64,000 nt of DNA from Macrostomum lignano (taxonomy: Eukaryota), in the NCBI GenBank assembly GCA_002269645.1, contig NIVC01000027.1, positions 868,001-932,000 on the forward strand, written 5' to 3'. Position 1 is the first letter of the stretch. Each line of letters begins with the position of its first letter. The notes beneath the pieces were generated by a model that saw only the letters and a list, made by a program, of their open reading frames with translations, was not told the origin of the DNA and did not search any database. The translations under genes and the position numbers were made by a program. Below, one piece after another: positions 36,645 to 49,331 of the stretch.

Positions 36645-39600
36645 ATGAAATTGAACTCAAAGCAGTCCGAGCTGCTGCAGCTGCTTCTGTACCAGCTGCT
36701 CATGGGTGAGTCTGAACGTACATGTAAATGGTGCCGCCTTGGTGGAGACACTTGTGATTATTGTGCACAAAATGCATCGCACTCACTACTCACTGAAAAC
36801 CATTGCAGCTGTGAGCTACGCTGGCGTCATCGACAGCAGCTATGATCAGGTGACCAGCGGCTCAGTCGATATTGGAAGCTATGTAAGCAGCGGGCTGCTC
36901 AATGCGACCGGCCTGCACACGAACTCGCACTGCCTGATGAAGTGCTGGGCGACGTCCTGCGCTGTCGCGATCGTCAAGGAAGCCGCGATCCTCGAATGCC
37001 GGATGCTCGTCATCAACACTGCGAGCGAGCCGGGCCTGAGCAACAGCAGCTTCGTTGCTAGGGAGTTTCAGCTTGAGGACGGAGTGCAGATCTGGAAGGC
37101 TCGCGACTTTGAGCAGCAGGTGGTCAGAGGCACAGACAGCGGCCGCCTACTTGGTGAGTTTTGGAAAATTACTAATGAAGTCTGATCGAATCTTATGAAA
37201 AGAAACCAACCAACAACCAGTGAAGCAAAGTTCTTGACTTGACGTTCAACGGCGTCGTTACTGAATACATCATGTACTAAGATGTAAACTCGACGTGGTA
37301 AAATGTTTAGCCAGCGTTGAAATGGCTACGAGCCTTTTAATTTTATTTGTATTATTATCAAGGCTGCCTATTTATTGTTAGCTTGCCTCTTATGTTTTCT
37401 GAACTTTCCATGCTTTTGAAACGAGCGCACTTGACTTTTCTGTAATTGTTGTTAGGACTGTACCGCTTAAATTTGGTCTTGTTATGCTTGTCGTAGTCTA
37501 CAGCCTTATAAACGTAATAGCCACGTTCGTACTAAACGGTTTAGAGCAAACTTGTCATACTTTATTAATTCGTAGGTCCCCAATGAACTGGAAACACGGG
37601 GGCATTCAATCCAGGTTATATCCTGAGCCTGTGCTTGAGACCCGTTGGGGTGCTCGCGTTTCGTGTCCGCGATTAGGAACGCCGATATTTTCTCGGGGGG
37701 GGGATTAAATAAGCAGAAAAATTACAGAACAAAGACCCCACAAGTACTGGCTTGGTCGTCATCGAGCCTCTTAAAGCGGCGACCCTGAGACCAGCCACCC
37801 TTTTTTACCCTATAAGAAAGGTTTCGTGGGAAAAGACAGCGGGCAGCCTGTCTCCTGTTCAGGACGGTGAACCCGATTAAAGCGACGAATTTCAAACTCC
37901 ATCTGTTTTATCTGCTTGTCTAGCAGCTTCTAAACGCAAATGAATTGAGGTATAAGAGCGTAGAATAGAAACCAACCCCAAACATCCGTTCCGCAGAGTA
38001 CCTGGCTCCTAGAAACGTGACTCACAAGCGGGTCCACATTCCCAACAATTCGGTCAAGATCTTCGCCGCCTTCCTTCAGCACCAGCCGGCTGTCTCATCG
38101 CTCATTGGCTGCGTTGACAAGTGCAGCGAGTTTCCGGCGTGTCGCGGGATTTTGTTCAACTCCAACTGCTCTCTACTCACCGACTACCCGCTGTGCCGCT
38201 GGTTCGAGCAGCCTCCGAACAGCTCTGAACTGGCCGTCTATGTGAGTGTTGGGAAAGCACTTTTTGCGTCACGTTAGTGCTGAGTAAAGCATGTCTGCAT
38301 TGATGAGGAAGATATCGGTTATTTTCAAGTTAGTTTTCGTGCCAGCGATTAGTTTCTCTGCAACGGAGCAGCTTGGGTGTTCGCGCATGTGTCTCTTGCG
38401 CCAACGACTTCTGGTTTGATTCCGAGTGTGGCCGCATTAAGTTGCCCAGGGCTTGCTCAAAAAACTTAGCTGTGTGGTCTTTTCTATAACTCGCATCGAT
38501 GAGAACCAACGCCTAGTAGGTTACATGCTTGACGCTTAGAAATTCAACGCCTCTGAGTGGACGTGTGTTTGAGTGCGTTTCTGTGTGCATGTGTATCTGT
38601 GTATCTGTGTATTCTGTATTGCACAGGATACTGCATCAGCGCTGTTGGTCGATGTCACCGACAGTCCACGACGGTTTCTATGACAAAAAATATTTTAATG
38701 TTTTCACGAAATCGCTAATCCAGGAGTTCTACACTGTGGGCACTCGGCAGTGCTTCGAGACCGTCAACCTGCGAGTGTCGGACGCGTTAAACTTCGACCG
38801 GCTCTGGGCCGAGTACAAGACCGGCTTCGGCACTTATCACAGCAACTACTTTGCTGGTAAGATGATCCGGTATTGCTTCAGATCCTTACTGCTGGAATTT
38901 TGGTCAGTTGGTCTGGGGCTACTGTTTTTTGAATAATAATAAGCGACAGCTGGAAGACAGGAGCCCAGAAGTTGGTACCCTTCTGGTGAGACCTTAGATT
39001 TTAGCTCAAGCGTACTCTAGCGGTTGTTTTGCTGCGCTTGAAATTAGCCTTCTTCTTTATTGAGCTAGTTCCTCGCTCGTAGTCTCTCAAAGCTACAGTT
39101 ACCGCAAATGCCTTAATTGCAGATGCCATGCTACTTGAAGTAAACAAAGCGGGAGCATCAGCTCAATACAAATAAAGTAAAGCTCTAAGCGTCCCACAGA
39201 ATTCTGCATACCAAATCTACATATATATCTACTAACAGCAATCCTCTTTCTTCTCTTTCTATCGTACCTGTTCCCATCAAGGGCTACTTAATCAAGTCTT
39301 AATAAATGATGCTTGATTCGTCTTTAATTCCCGAATCCCTGAATCAGTAATTTTAGCTAAAAGTAGGTGCTATTTCAGTCAAACCCATGCCTCATCAAAC
39401 TACTGGTTAGAACATTGAGACGAAACAGCAAGCTCCATCATTTGAAAGGGTTCAGCAAATTTCTCAGCTCGTACCTTCAAATCTGAAAACGCCAGGCCTC
39501 GAGTGGCTGCACAACCGGACCAGCGCTCAGCCCAGCAGCAACCGGTTCCGCGTCGACCTGCTGTACTGGAACGACACCTACATCTACGCCTACTACCTGA

Positions 39601-39950
39601 ACTTGCTCATTCTGGCCGAGAGCACCAACTACACGGTTTCTAACTTTACATTCGCAGCTGCTGGTGGCCTTGGAAACTGTCTGTTCCAAGGCTCGAACAG
39701 GCAGTTCGTCACTCGAGATCGTGGATGGAGCGAGTGCCACAACTGTGCAGTTAGATACGAGCAGCCCTACTGGCACGGTTGCTGCCACAACTCCGGTCCG
39801 TTCGGCAAGTACTTCAACTACCCAACGGCGCTGAATGTGTCAGTTGCAGACCGAGCCAAGGGCATCGTCTGGGCTTGCAATGCTCCCAAAAACATCACTG
39901 ATGGATGGTACTACAGCTTCAAACAGCTGGAGATTATCATGCTCACCTGA
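36645..39950 (+). CDS. Secreted PAN/Apple-like + fibrinogen C-terminal (FReD) protein, copy A. Exons 36645-36705, 36809-37153, 37997-38241, 38724-38856, 39496-39950; 412 aa
   Basis: GT-AG introns, phases 1,1,0,1, open frame of 1239 nt. Signal-peptide-like MKLNSKQSELLQLLLYQLLMAVSYAG. Cys patterns SHCLMKCWATSC...ECRML and GCVDKCSEFPACRGILFNSNCSLL. FBG motifs NFDRLWAEYKTGFG, GLEWLH..T, FRVDL, AESTNYT, FVTRDR, NCA...WHGCCH. Confidence 0.85.
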
Positions 39951-42900
39951 GCTCAACTGGTCAACTGGCAGTTGGTGCTACGCGTGTCGCAAAGATTTTG
40001 TGTTTCCGATGTCGCTATTCCCTTGCTGGATCCTTTTCTATCCGAGTTGTGTCCGTTTTTTCCTGCTTTTATACCTCTTCTGCTTCGTGGCTAAATCTTA
40101 GTTCCAGAGCACTTTTAATAACTTAGGTCAATCAATTTGGGCTATCACTTGCGTATTGTCTGCCTAGCTCTTACCCTTGATAAAAATATGATTACAATTT
40201 TTTGTTTCAGTGCCTTCTATTTGAATCGGTACCTGTGTTCTATACTCTTATTGTGGCTTCACAAGGGATTATATATCACTGACATTTTCCATTATCCATT
40301 TTATGTTGGCATGGTGGTATGGTAATTCGTAGTTACCAGTTTCGTAGACACCCAAGTTTGAGTCGGCTTCTTAAACTTTTATTCTGTCTGAGTCCATGCG
40401 GGTCCCTGCTGCAGCTTAGGAGTCCAGTCTGCCCCTAAGTCCCCGGCCTCAATGACCGCTATCATCTCGACTGTACATGTTCTCTTCCGTACATGCTTTT
40501 TTGTCTTTTGCAATAAAGTCAGCCTGACAGCATCACAGAACTAAATGACACTTCTCTCGGCATATAGAGACTTTAGGTACTACGAGCGTATAATCAAAAT
40601 TTCCTCTGAAACATTTAACTTATTACAGCTCATAATTTAGACAGTTATCGGGTGTCATTCATAATGATTCTTTCTATCTAGCTCTTTTACAGCGCAGTTC
40701 TAGACATTTACTGGCCAACTTTTTATCCTTCAATATACGAATTTCAGTTAATAACAGAGATCAGCTTTATTCTGTACACTGTCTAATCGTTCTCTGAGAG
40801 ATTAAGCGTTGTAGTCGACTTTTGAATCTGTTTTTTACCAGTTCTGAAAACCATGCATTAATCCATCACTCATAACTGAGTATTCTTCATTGTCGACTCA
40901 CTTGGGTCCGAAAGATCAACGCGGGCCTGGAGGTTCTGCAGAAAAATATTAACAAATGCTGGCTTCAGCTTGCATTGGACAACGCATGGTGTGGCCGTTG
41001 TTTCGAAAAAATAACCATTGGGTCAGACAACAGCAACTAGCGCAAAACAAGTTCTCAGCTTATTCACAAAAGCTACTTCAAATTTATTTCTCTATGAATA
41101 ATGAGCTGTAATACTACTCGTAAAAGGTAGTCTTCATCTGTTTGATGAAGGCTTGCTGCGAACAGGTGCTGGGCGTTCGGCGATATACATGTAAGAACAG
41201 GTAAGAGAAAACTGCTGTCGGGCATGCAATCATTCTCACGAAACAACGAAACAAATGCTCAAAACGACTTTTATTAAAACGCAAAAAACAGATGGCAAGG
41301 AGCAGTGTCTATCTCTTACCCGCGTGGAAAAATTCTCACAGACCACAACTGCTGCAAGGACCTTGAACTGCTGATGAGGAGTTTGCTGAGCCGCTACAGT
41401 GATACCGGAGATAGGCTCGAAGAAAAGCAGCTGCGATTAGAAGAAACATGCTTTGCAGTCACTCAGGAACAGACGGATTGACAGTTCTAGGCATAAGTAG
41501 AGGAAATTTCACTATTTGGAAGCCCCATCGGAAGCAGAGATACCCTGAGCCAGCAATATCAGTCAGCAAATACGAAATCTATCTGCCTAGCAACTCCTGC
41601 CCGCAATGAAACTGAACGCCAAGCATTCCGAGCTGTTGCAACTGCTTCTGTGCCAGCTCATTACTGGTGAGTCTGGAAAATGCTACCAACTTGATGAAGA
41701 GACTCGCCAATGTGGAACAGCGCTCACTACTCAAGAATACCCATTTAGCCGTGGTCACCTCTGCTTCAGGGCACCTTGCTTGCACCTACGATCGGGTGAC
41801 CAGCGGCTCCATCAACGTCGGCAACTGCTGCTCAATGAGCCCGGCCTGCACACAAACTCGCACTGCCTGATGAAGTGCTGGACGACGTCCTGCGCAGTCG
41901 CAGTCGTCAAAGAAGCCGCGATTCTCGAATGCTGGATGCTCGTTATCAACACTGGCGAGCGAGTCGGACTTGAGCAACAGCAGTTTTGTTGCCAGGGAGA
42001 TTCGGCTTGAGCACGGTGTGCAGATCTGAGAGGCTCGTGACTTTGAGCAGCAGGTGCTCAGAGGCACAAACACCGGCCGCCTACTCCGTTAGTTCCTCAA
42101 GAGTAAGGAAATCTAATCGCTTCCTACTTATCACAAGCCACAATGCCAGAAGCCAGTCACTCCATCCGATCCTGACGGGCTTCTTGTAGGAAGCAGTGGC
42201 CGGAAAATTGATCTGCAGCTATCCATCACCAAGCTGGTTGCGCACAAAATATATCGTGCAATCAATTTAAAATTAACAGATTACGAGTATAGAATGCTAC
42301 ATTGTGGAAAACACTGTAGGAACACTGTAAACTTGATGAAGGAACATATTTAATTTAGGATTATCTGCCCTAGCTGCTAGAAGCTTCGATCTGGAAGATT
42401 CTAAATGCTAATACTACATTTAAACCTAGTTGCTATTCCGTGTGACAAAAGATTTGTAGCATATTTATGAGCCAGTTTCTCTTATGACCGAAAAATGTTT
42501 GTACGTACTACGAGAGTATTCGAAACTCGCGAGTCCGTATCTTGTTTTGCAGCAAACAAACAGCGACTGCATTGCTAGCTATGCAGTGGGTGATTTAACT
42601 TTTATAATCGAAAACCCTCTGCTCACCGACTACCCGCTGTGTCGCTGGTTCGAGCAGCCTCCGAACAGCTCTGAGCTGGCCGTCTATGTGAGTGTTGGGA
42701 AAGCAGTGCTGGTTCGGTGCTATAACTGTAGAAACTTTTCTTGACTTTACATCAAACTTTCAAATCCAGGAGTTCCACACTGTGGGCACTCAGCAGTGCT
42801 TCGAGACAGTCAACCTGCGAGTGTCGGACGCGTTAAACTTCGACCGGCTCTGGGCCGAGTACAAGACCGGCTTCGGCACTTATCATAGCAACTACTTTGT

Positions 42901-43644
42901 TGGTGAGGCAACCTTTTATTTGATTTGCTAACGCTTGATTTAAAAAACCACAATATCGAAAAACTGGAGGTGACGGATATAAATCAGGGTAATCATGTAC
43001 TTCTAGAAAAATGGTGACGTTTTAAAATTCAGTTTCTCGACCGATGAAAAATAATCGCTCTTAGTTGCAAAAAAATTATGCTTGTGGCTTGCTATTGTAC
43101 TCATAGTTGTAAAAAGTGACCAGCCTGTTACAGTGACTTGTTTTCTTGAGCGCTTGATGCACCTCTTGATTCGAAAGCCAGTTTGATTATTAGGAACCAA
43201 CATGCAATTTCATTACCAGCGATCTTTTTTCATAACGTCAAGTCTAGAGTGGCTGCACAACCGGACCAGCGCTCAGCCCAAAAACCGGTTCCACGTCGAC
43301 CTGCTGTACTGGAACGACGCCTACATCTACGCCTACTACCTGAACGTGCTCATTCTGGCTGAGAGCACCAACTACACGCTGTCTAATTACACCTACGCAC
43401 CTGCTTGAGGCCTTAAAAACTGCCTGATTAGAGTAGGATCGAACCTGCAGTTCCTCACCCGAGATTGCGGATTGAGCGGCTGCAGACTGTGCGGTTGTTT
43501 ACCAGCAGCCTCACTGGTACAATTGCTGCCACAACTCCGGTCCGTTCGGCAAGTACTTCAAACTACCCGACGGTTTTGAACTTGCCAATTGCAGAGCGAG
43601 CCAGGGGAATCGTTTGGGCTTGCAATGGCCCAACAAACATCACT

Positions 43645-43832
43645 TGTTGTGTATGAGTGTGCATATGCATGTGGGTGACACTGAAGCTTGGGCTATACTC
43701 GTATGAATAGTACTGTCTATGGTATAAATACACGTTGACGGCCTAGAGAGACGGCCACGCCCTCTGAGCTTTAGTTTCTTCAGACCGCGCGCTATAGAAG
43801 ATATAACCCTCTCGGCTTCGCGATATATGACA
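43645..43832 (+). repeat. 5' LTR
   Basis: Direct repeat of 47994-48181. Confidence 0.95.
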
Positions 43833-45005
43833 TGGCTTCGCAAGCAGCCAGAGAAGAAGCCCACGAATAAGAAGTCAAGGCTAAGCAAGAGCAAGATTGC
43901 AGAGCTGCAATTGTTCTGGGGCGTTCCTGTAGAAATGCCTCCAAAGCCGAAAATTGACTTAAAAAGCGCTCCACACTTCGACCTCGAATCTCAGAAGGCC
44001 GTATTCCCACAATGGAAGCAGTTGTGGGAGGCTTTCGAGGAACTATCAGGCCTGATCGACATCGAGCAAGAGGCCGAGAAGAAGAAGTTCCAACTCTTCG
44101 CTTTGCGACACTGCCTGAGTCTGGAGACCCTACGAGTGGTGGACAGCTTACCTCAGCTACTAGGAAAGGATAAAGACGACGCCAAGGAGATCATCAAGGC
44201 CCTGGAAGCATTCATCACCGGGCAGAAGAACGAGATATTCGAGAGGAGGGAATTCTGGCTACGAAATCAAGCAGAAAGTGAGAGCTTCAATGATTGGTAC
44301 GTGTCCATCAAAGAAATCTCGTCCAGGTGCAACTTCGAGCGATGCTGTGACGGGTGCGCCGAATACCAGCTCAGAGACAGAATTGTCATGGGATTGCGCG
44401 ACCCCAGCACTGTAGAGAAGTTGTTAGAGGAAGGCAGTGAGCTAACGCTGGAGAGAGCAAAGACCATTTGTGAGTCGATGGAGAGTTCGAGGAAAAACTG
44501 CGCCATAATGAAGGGCGAGACACCGACCGTCTCCGCTGTGCGACACGCGTCAAGCTACCGGAAGGCCAAGCGGACTGGAGCAGCGGAGAATCGACACGCA
44601 GGAAGACCTGTTCAACAGAGCCGGGCGAAACATCCTGGTCAAGCCTGCAAGTTCTGCGGACGAGAGCACGAGGTCGGCAAAGAGAAATGTCCGGCCTGGG
44701 GGAAGTCGTGCACAAAATGCGGCAAGCTCAACCATTTTGCTAAGCAGTGCAGAAGTGGACAGTCAGCCAAGCACGGCGAAAGAGTCCATTCAATTTTCGC
44801 CGCAACTGGCGCACAAGGGACCTCAGCATGCTGTGTGCAGGTAAAAATTCGCACCCCTGACGGAACAAAGACCATCGCCGCCTTACCGGACACAGGCGCT
44901 TTCATAGATGCCATCCCTGAGAGCTTGCTGCCTATAGTAGGATCAGATATGAACAACCTACATCCGTCAGACTCAAACCCAAGGCAGTCGACGGCCGGTT
45001 ATTAA
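43827..45005 (+). CDS. gag: Gypsy gag + protease N-terminus
   Basis: LRDRIVMGLRD, CKFCGREH...C, CTKCGKLNHFAKQC, DTGA. Confidence 0.85.
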   Translation: MTWLRKQPEKKPTNKKSRLSKSKIAELQLFWGVPVEMPPKPKIDLKSAPHFDLESQKAVFPQWKQLWEAFEELSGLIDIEQEAEKKKFQLFALRHCLSLETLRVVDSLPQLLGKDKDDAKEIIKALEAFITGQKNEIFERREFWLRNQAESESFNDWYVSIKEISSRCNFERCCDGCAEYQLRDRIVMGLRDPSTVEKLLEEGSELTLERAKTICESMESSRKNCAIMKGETPTVSAVRHASSYRKAKRTGAAENRHAGRPVQQSRAKHPGQACKFCGREHEVGKEKCPAWGKSCTKCGKLNHFAKQCRSGQSAKHGERVHSIFAATGAQGTSACCVQVKIRTPDGTKTIAALPDTGAFIDAIPESLLPIVGSDMNNLHPSDSNPRQSTAGY

Positions 45006-45225
45006 AAGCCAAGGGCTCGATTCAGCTGCAAGTATCCATGGGTGAGACTGAGCTGCAGCGTACGTTTCACGTCCTCAGCGGAATATCCATCATGATTCTA
45101 TCAAGAGAAGCGTGTCGTGATCTGGGTATCATTCCAAGAAACTTTCCAAAGCAAATCGTGGCAAGCATGAATCAGCACGATACCAACGCTGGCACAGAGG
45201 AGGACCTAAAAAAGAGTTTTCGGAC

Positions 45226-47958
45226 GTGTTCACCGGAAAAGTTAGCAGAATGGCTGGTGAGATGTTCAGAATTAAACTATCAGCGGACGCAAAGCCATTT
45301 GCCATTTCGACCCCGAGAAGAATTGCGGAACCGCTCAATTTACAGCTCAACAAGGAACTGGAGGATCTCGAGCGAGATGGGATCATAGCAAAGGTCACAG
45401 AGCCTACGGAATGGTGTGCGCCGATCACCGTGCAGCCAAAGAAAGGCCAGAGCAAGATAAGAATGTGCGTCGACCTACGGTGCTTAAACAAATACGTCAT
45501 CCGAGAGCGCTACGTCAGCCAAACGCCATTTGAAGTTGTGTCAAGTGTACATGTACACAAGGGCGCCAGGTTCTTCACAACCGTTGACGCCACGAAAGGA
45601 TACCACCAAGTGCCGCTAGATGACGCGTCACAAATACTGACAACTTTTATCACACCATTCGGACGGTACAAGTTCCTACGTGCCCCCTTTGGACTGTCGT
45701 CCATATCGGAGCATTACAATAGGCGTGTGGATGAAGTGCTAGAGGGACTGAAGAGCACCTATCATATTGTGGACGACGTACTGCTGGCTCACGGCGACTT
45801 CGACGAGCATCGCCGTGCCGTTCGCGAGTTTCTGCAGCGATGCAGGGACCACGGCATCAGCCTGAATCCAGAGAAGTTTGCGTTTGCGTTTGCTCAGCCC
45901 AGTGTGACATTTGCCGGATTCCAGTTGGACTCGAAAGGATACGCTATAGACCCTGCCATAGTGAAGGCGATTCGAGACTTCCCGAAGCCAGAAAATCTGA
46001 CCGACCTCAGAGCATTCTTCGGACTAGTGAATCAGATTGGGTTCTGTAGTGACAAGATAGCTTCCCTCGGTGAGCCGTTGAGAGAGTTTTTAAAACCGAG
46101 GAATGAGTTCATGTGGAGCTGCGAACACGAAAAAGCATTTGACAGCATGCGGAAAGAACTAAGCAATGTTCCTACAATGGCCTACTATGACCACACGAGG
46201 CAGACAGCACTGCACACGGATGCGTCTCGACTGAAGGGGCTTGGATTCGTGCTCAAGCAAAAGCAAGCAATGGCATTTGGAAAGTGGTTCAAGCAGGCTC
46301 GCGGTTCATTTCGGAGACAGAGAGGCGATACGCCATGATTGAACTGGAGCTGTTGGCAGTCGTATGGTCGGCAAAGAAATGTCGTCTGTTCTTCGAAGGA
46401 CTGCAGAATTTTGAGATAATCATCGACCACAAGCCGTTGGAGCCGATTTTAAATAGATACACCTTGGATCAGATTGAGAATCCGAGGCTTCAGAGGTTGC
46501 GACAGAAACTGGATTGCTTCCAATACACGGCTCGATGGGTGAAAGGCAGTGACCACAAGGCCGCCGATGCCTTGTCAAGAGCCCCGGTAGAGCCGGCAAC
46601 CAAAGACGAAGAACTTGCGGAGGAGCACGAGAGCAACATCATCATGGCTATTGATGAGATTCAAGCTTCTGAAGCAGAGTTGACGCGAATTGTCAGAAGA
46701 GACCAGGAGTACCAGGAGCTGAAGCGATTGGTTCAGCAAGGATTCCCAAACGAGAAGGGAAAAGTACCGGTCCATCTAAGACAATTTTGGAACATCCGCG
46801 ACAAACTAGCAGTCGAGCATGACTTGATCGTAGTAGGAAGGCGATTGCTCATTCCCAAGGAGATGCGAGCAGAAGTCCTGAATAAGATGCTCAAGATGCA
46901 TCAGGGAGTCGTTAAGATGAAAGAGAGAGCCAGAATGACTTTCTACTGGCCGGGAATCGACAACGATATAAAAATGTCAGCCAGGAAGTGTATCCCGTGC
47001 CAAGAGACTTTGCCTAGTCAAGTAAAGGAGCCGATGGTTGTGAGAAAGGAACCGGAACGCATCTTTCTTCTTACTTGTTTCAATTCGCTGGGAAGATGTT
47101 CCTGGTGACTGTGGACGGAAAGTCTGGTTGGCCAACACTAGACTACTTCGGAACAGATGCCTCAACTTACAAGGTGATCAACGTGCTGCGAAGACGTTTC
47201 TGTGAGAAGGGCGCGCCGGAGGTGTTATGGTCAGACAATGGACCGCAATTCACAGCCAAGCCATTTCTGGGATTCCTGCGTCGTTGGAGGGTGGAGCAGA
47301 GGACATCATCCCCCACGTACGCTCAGAGCAATGGACGAGCGGAGGCAGCCGTCAAGGCAATGAAAAAGCTGGTGCGTGGAAATTGGAATCACGGAGTCAG
47401 AGAGCCGAACTGGGACGATCTCTGCCAGGGGATACTGATGTATTGCAACACTCCGGCAGATCACCAGCACAGATGGTGTTCGGTCACGAGGTTCGCGATA
47501 CCCTGCCAATTCACCGGAGAGCGTTCGCCAAGGAATGGCAAGCAGCAGCAGATGAGGTGGACAACAGGGCAGCGGAGAAGAGGGAGAGGATGGAGGTGTA
47601 CTACAATAGAGCAGCTCACCAACTCCCAGCCTTGCGAGTGCGAGACAGAGTTGCAGTGCAGGACGCCCAGACCAAGCGATGGGACAAGTACGGCGTGGTG
47701 GTCGAGCTAATGAAAAACAACGACTTTCTAGTCAAGCTGACCAGCGGCCGGGTTCTTCGGAGAAACTGGAAGTTCCTGCGGAGAAGGTTTCCAGCACATG
47801 CGGCAGAAGCTCGCTACCAGCCGAATACTGGTCCTGCGGACTCGCAAGGTACGAATGGAGCCAGAGGGCCGGAAGGACGATCAAGACCGTGGCATACGAG
47901 AAACCGTCGGCCACCCAACAGGCTTCAGATTGACCCCCGCAAAAGTTCGTACGACTGA
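45226..47958 (+). pseudogene. pol: Gypsy pol (RT-RNaseH-integrase) split over frameshifted ORFs 45226-46338, 46284-47108, 47075-47710, 47227-47958
   Basis: Conserved domains continue across frame changes near 46270, 47070 and 47450. Confidence 0.85.
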
Positions 47959-47993
47959 CTGACAAGAAGTCACATTGTAACTGAAGGGGGAGG

Positions 47994-48181
47994 TGTTGAG
48001 TATGAGTGTGCATATGCATGTGGGTGACACTGAAGCTTGGGCTATACTCGTATGAATAGTACTGTCTATGGTATAAATACACGTTGACGGCCTAGAGAGA
48101 CGGCCACGCCCTCTGAGCTTTAGTTTCTTCAGACCGCGCGCTATAGAAGATATAACCCTCTCGGCTTCGCGATATATAACA
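47994..48181 (+). repeat. 3' LTR
   Basis: Direct repeat of 43645-43832, preceded by a polypurine tract. Confidence 0.95.
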
Positions 48182-49331
48182 TCACTGATGGGTTCTACTA
48201 CAGCTTCAAGCAGCTGGAGATTCTCATGCTCACCTGAACGTCAACCAGCTACGAGTAAAGTCAGTGCGATAGTGTTTCGCAAATATTGCTTTTTTCATAT
48301 TAGATATTTTGCCGAGTACCAGTTGAGACTATCTAAAGCCCCTTGTTAAGAAAAGCATGGGTCGGTACCTTCAATAGCACTGATTCGAATATGTTCAGTG
48401 CTACATTTAAACAGAGTTTTTGTCGCTGCTTGTGCAGTCGCAGCTGAGTCGATTTATTCAACTCCTTTTCTCACTGACCCGATGCGCCCCCCTTTTTAGC
48501 CTGATGCCTCTCCGTGTTTCAACCGCACTCTCGCGTTTTACGCTAAACTTTAGCCGTTTACATTGCGATACAACATTAATTTTGTGTTATTTTCTACAAA
48601 ATATGAAACCCTTTCTTCGAATACCCCAAATTTCGGATGCTGCATTCGAATGTTTTATAGTGTTTGGCATTTGATCAATATTTCGTGGCGTTAGTTGTTT
48701 TTGTTCTGGTTTGAAGAGTAAAGGTTTTCTTGTAAGAGTACGTCTGTACTATTTACTCAAGATCGCCTATTGCACCTGACCTCCTCCGAGCTTTACGACA
48801 CCTTTTCTCTTCTCCTCCATTCTGATTTTTTATAACGTGAATTGCAAGTCCCGCACACTTACAACCCCCCCCCCAACCACCGCTAAAGCTTGTGTCAACC
48901 CCGCTTTCTATTATATTAAAAATCAATAAACATTCTACGAGCGGTAGCTCAAAACTAGACCGCGCTTTGCTTCTGGTTTTAGTTGTCAAGCTACAATTGT
49001 CAATGGGAGCCCAACCGCCAAGTGCTGAGTTTTCTCTTTTAAGATTCTCTTGGTGACACTTTTAGTAGCAGAGCGTAGTTGAGGTAAATGGCCAGCCACG
49101 AATCAAATCAGCAGAAGACTGGCTGCTCAGAAAACGAAAAAGAAAAAGAGATCAGCATCGAGGAGTGGCTTCGCATCGAGCAGTTTCAACGAGTAAAGTC
49201 AAGAATGAAGTCTACAGCAACTGGGACTCGAAACCGGTTAGTGCTGTTGCTACAGAGCGACACCATCATGGAGCCATCCATCAAGCGTGCGATGCAGCCA
49301 CTACTGCACATGAAGAGTGCGTGAAGCTGCT

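Larger units (their letters stand above)
43645..48181 (+). mobile_element. Full-length Ty3/Gypsy LTR retrotransposon (Mag-like), 4537 bp, 5-bp TSD TCACT
   Basis: LTRs at 43645-43832 and 47994-48181 (188 bp, TG...CA, 2 mismatches). TSD at 43640-43644 and 48182-48186. TGG-starting PBS at 43833, PPT GAAGGGGGAGG at 47983-47993. Domain order: gag with two Cys/His knuckles, protease ALPDTGA, RT (WCAPI, DATKGYHQV, PFG, IVDD), RNase H (TDAS, ELLAVVW, IDHKPL), integrase (H..H..C..C, SDNGPQF, SNGRAE). Confidence 0.96.
41606..48237 (+). pseudogene. PAN-FReD copy B, pseudogene interrupted by a Gypsy element
   Basis: Homologous exons start at 41606, 41749, about 42615 (only the 3' end of exon 3), 42770 and about 43243. 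Lesions: 13-nt deletion in exon 2, lost exon 2 donor, TGA at 43406. The last exon is split at 43644/48182 and ends ...FKQLEILMLT* at 48237. Confidence 0.88.

Noticed and set aside
41370-41430. CTGATGAG...GAAGAAA as a possible hammerhead ribozyme core
   Set aside because: No stem II adjacent to CUGAUGA, no flanking stems, and the motif is not conserved in the paralogous region near 60480.
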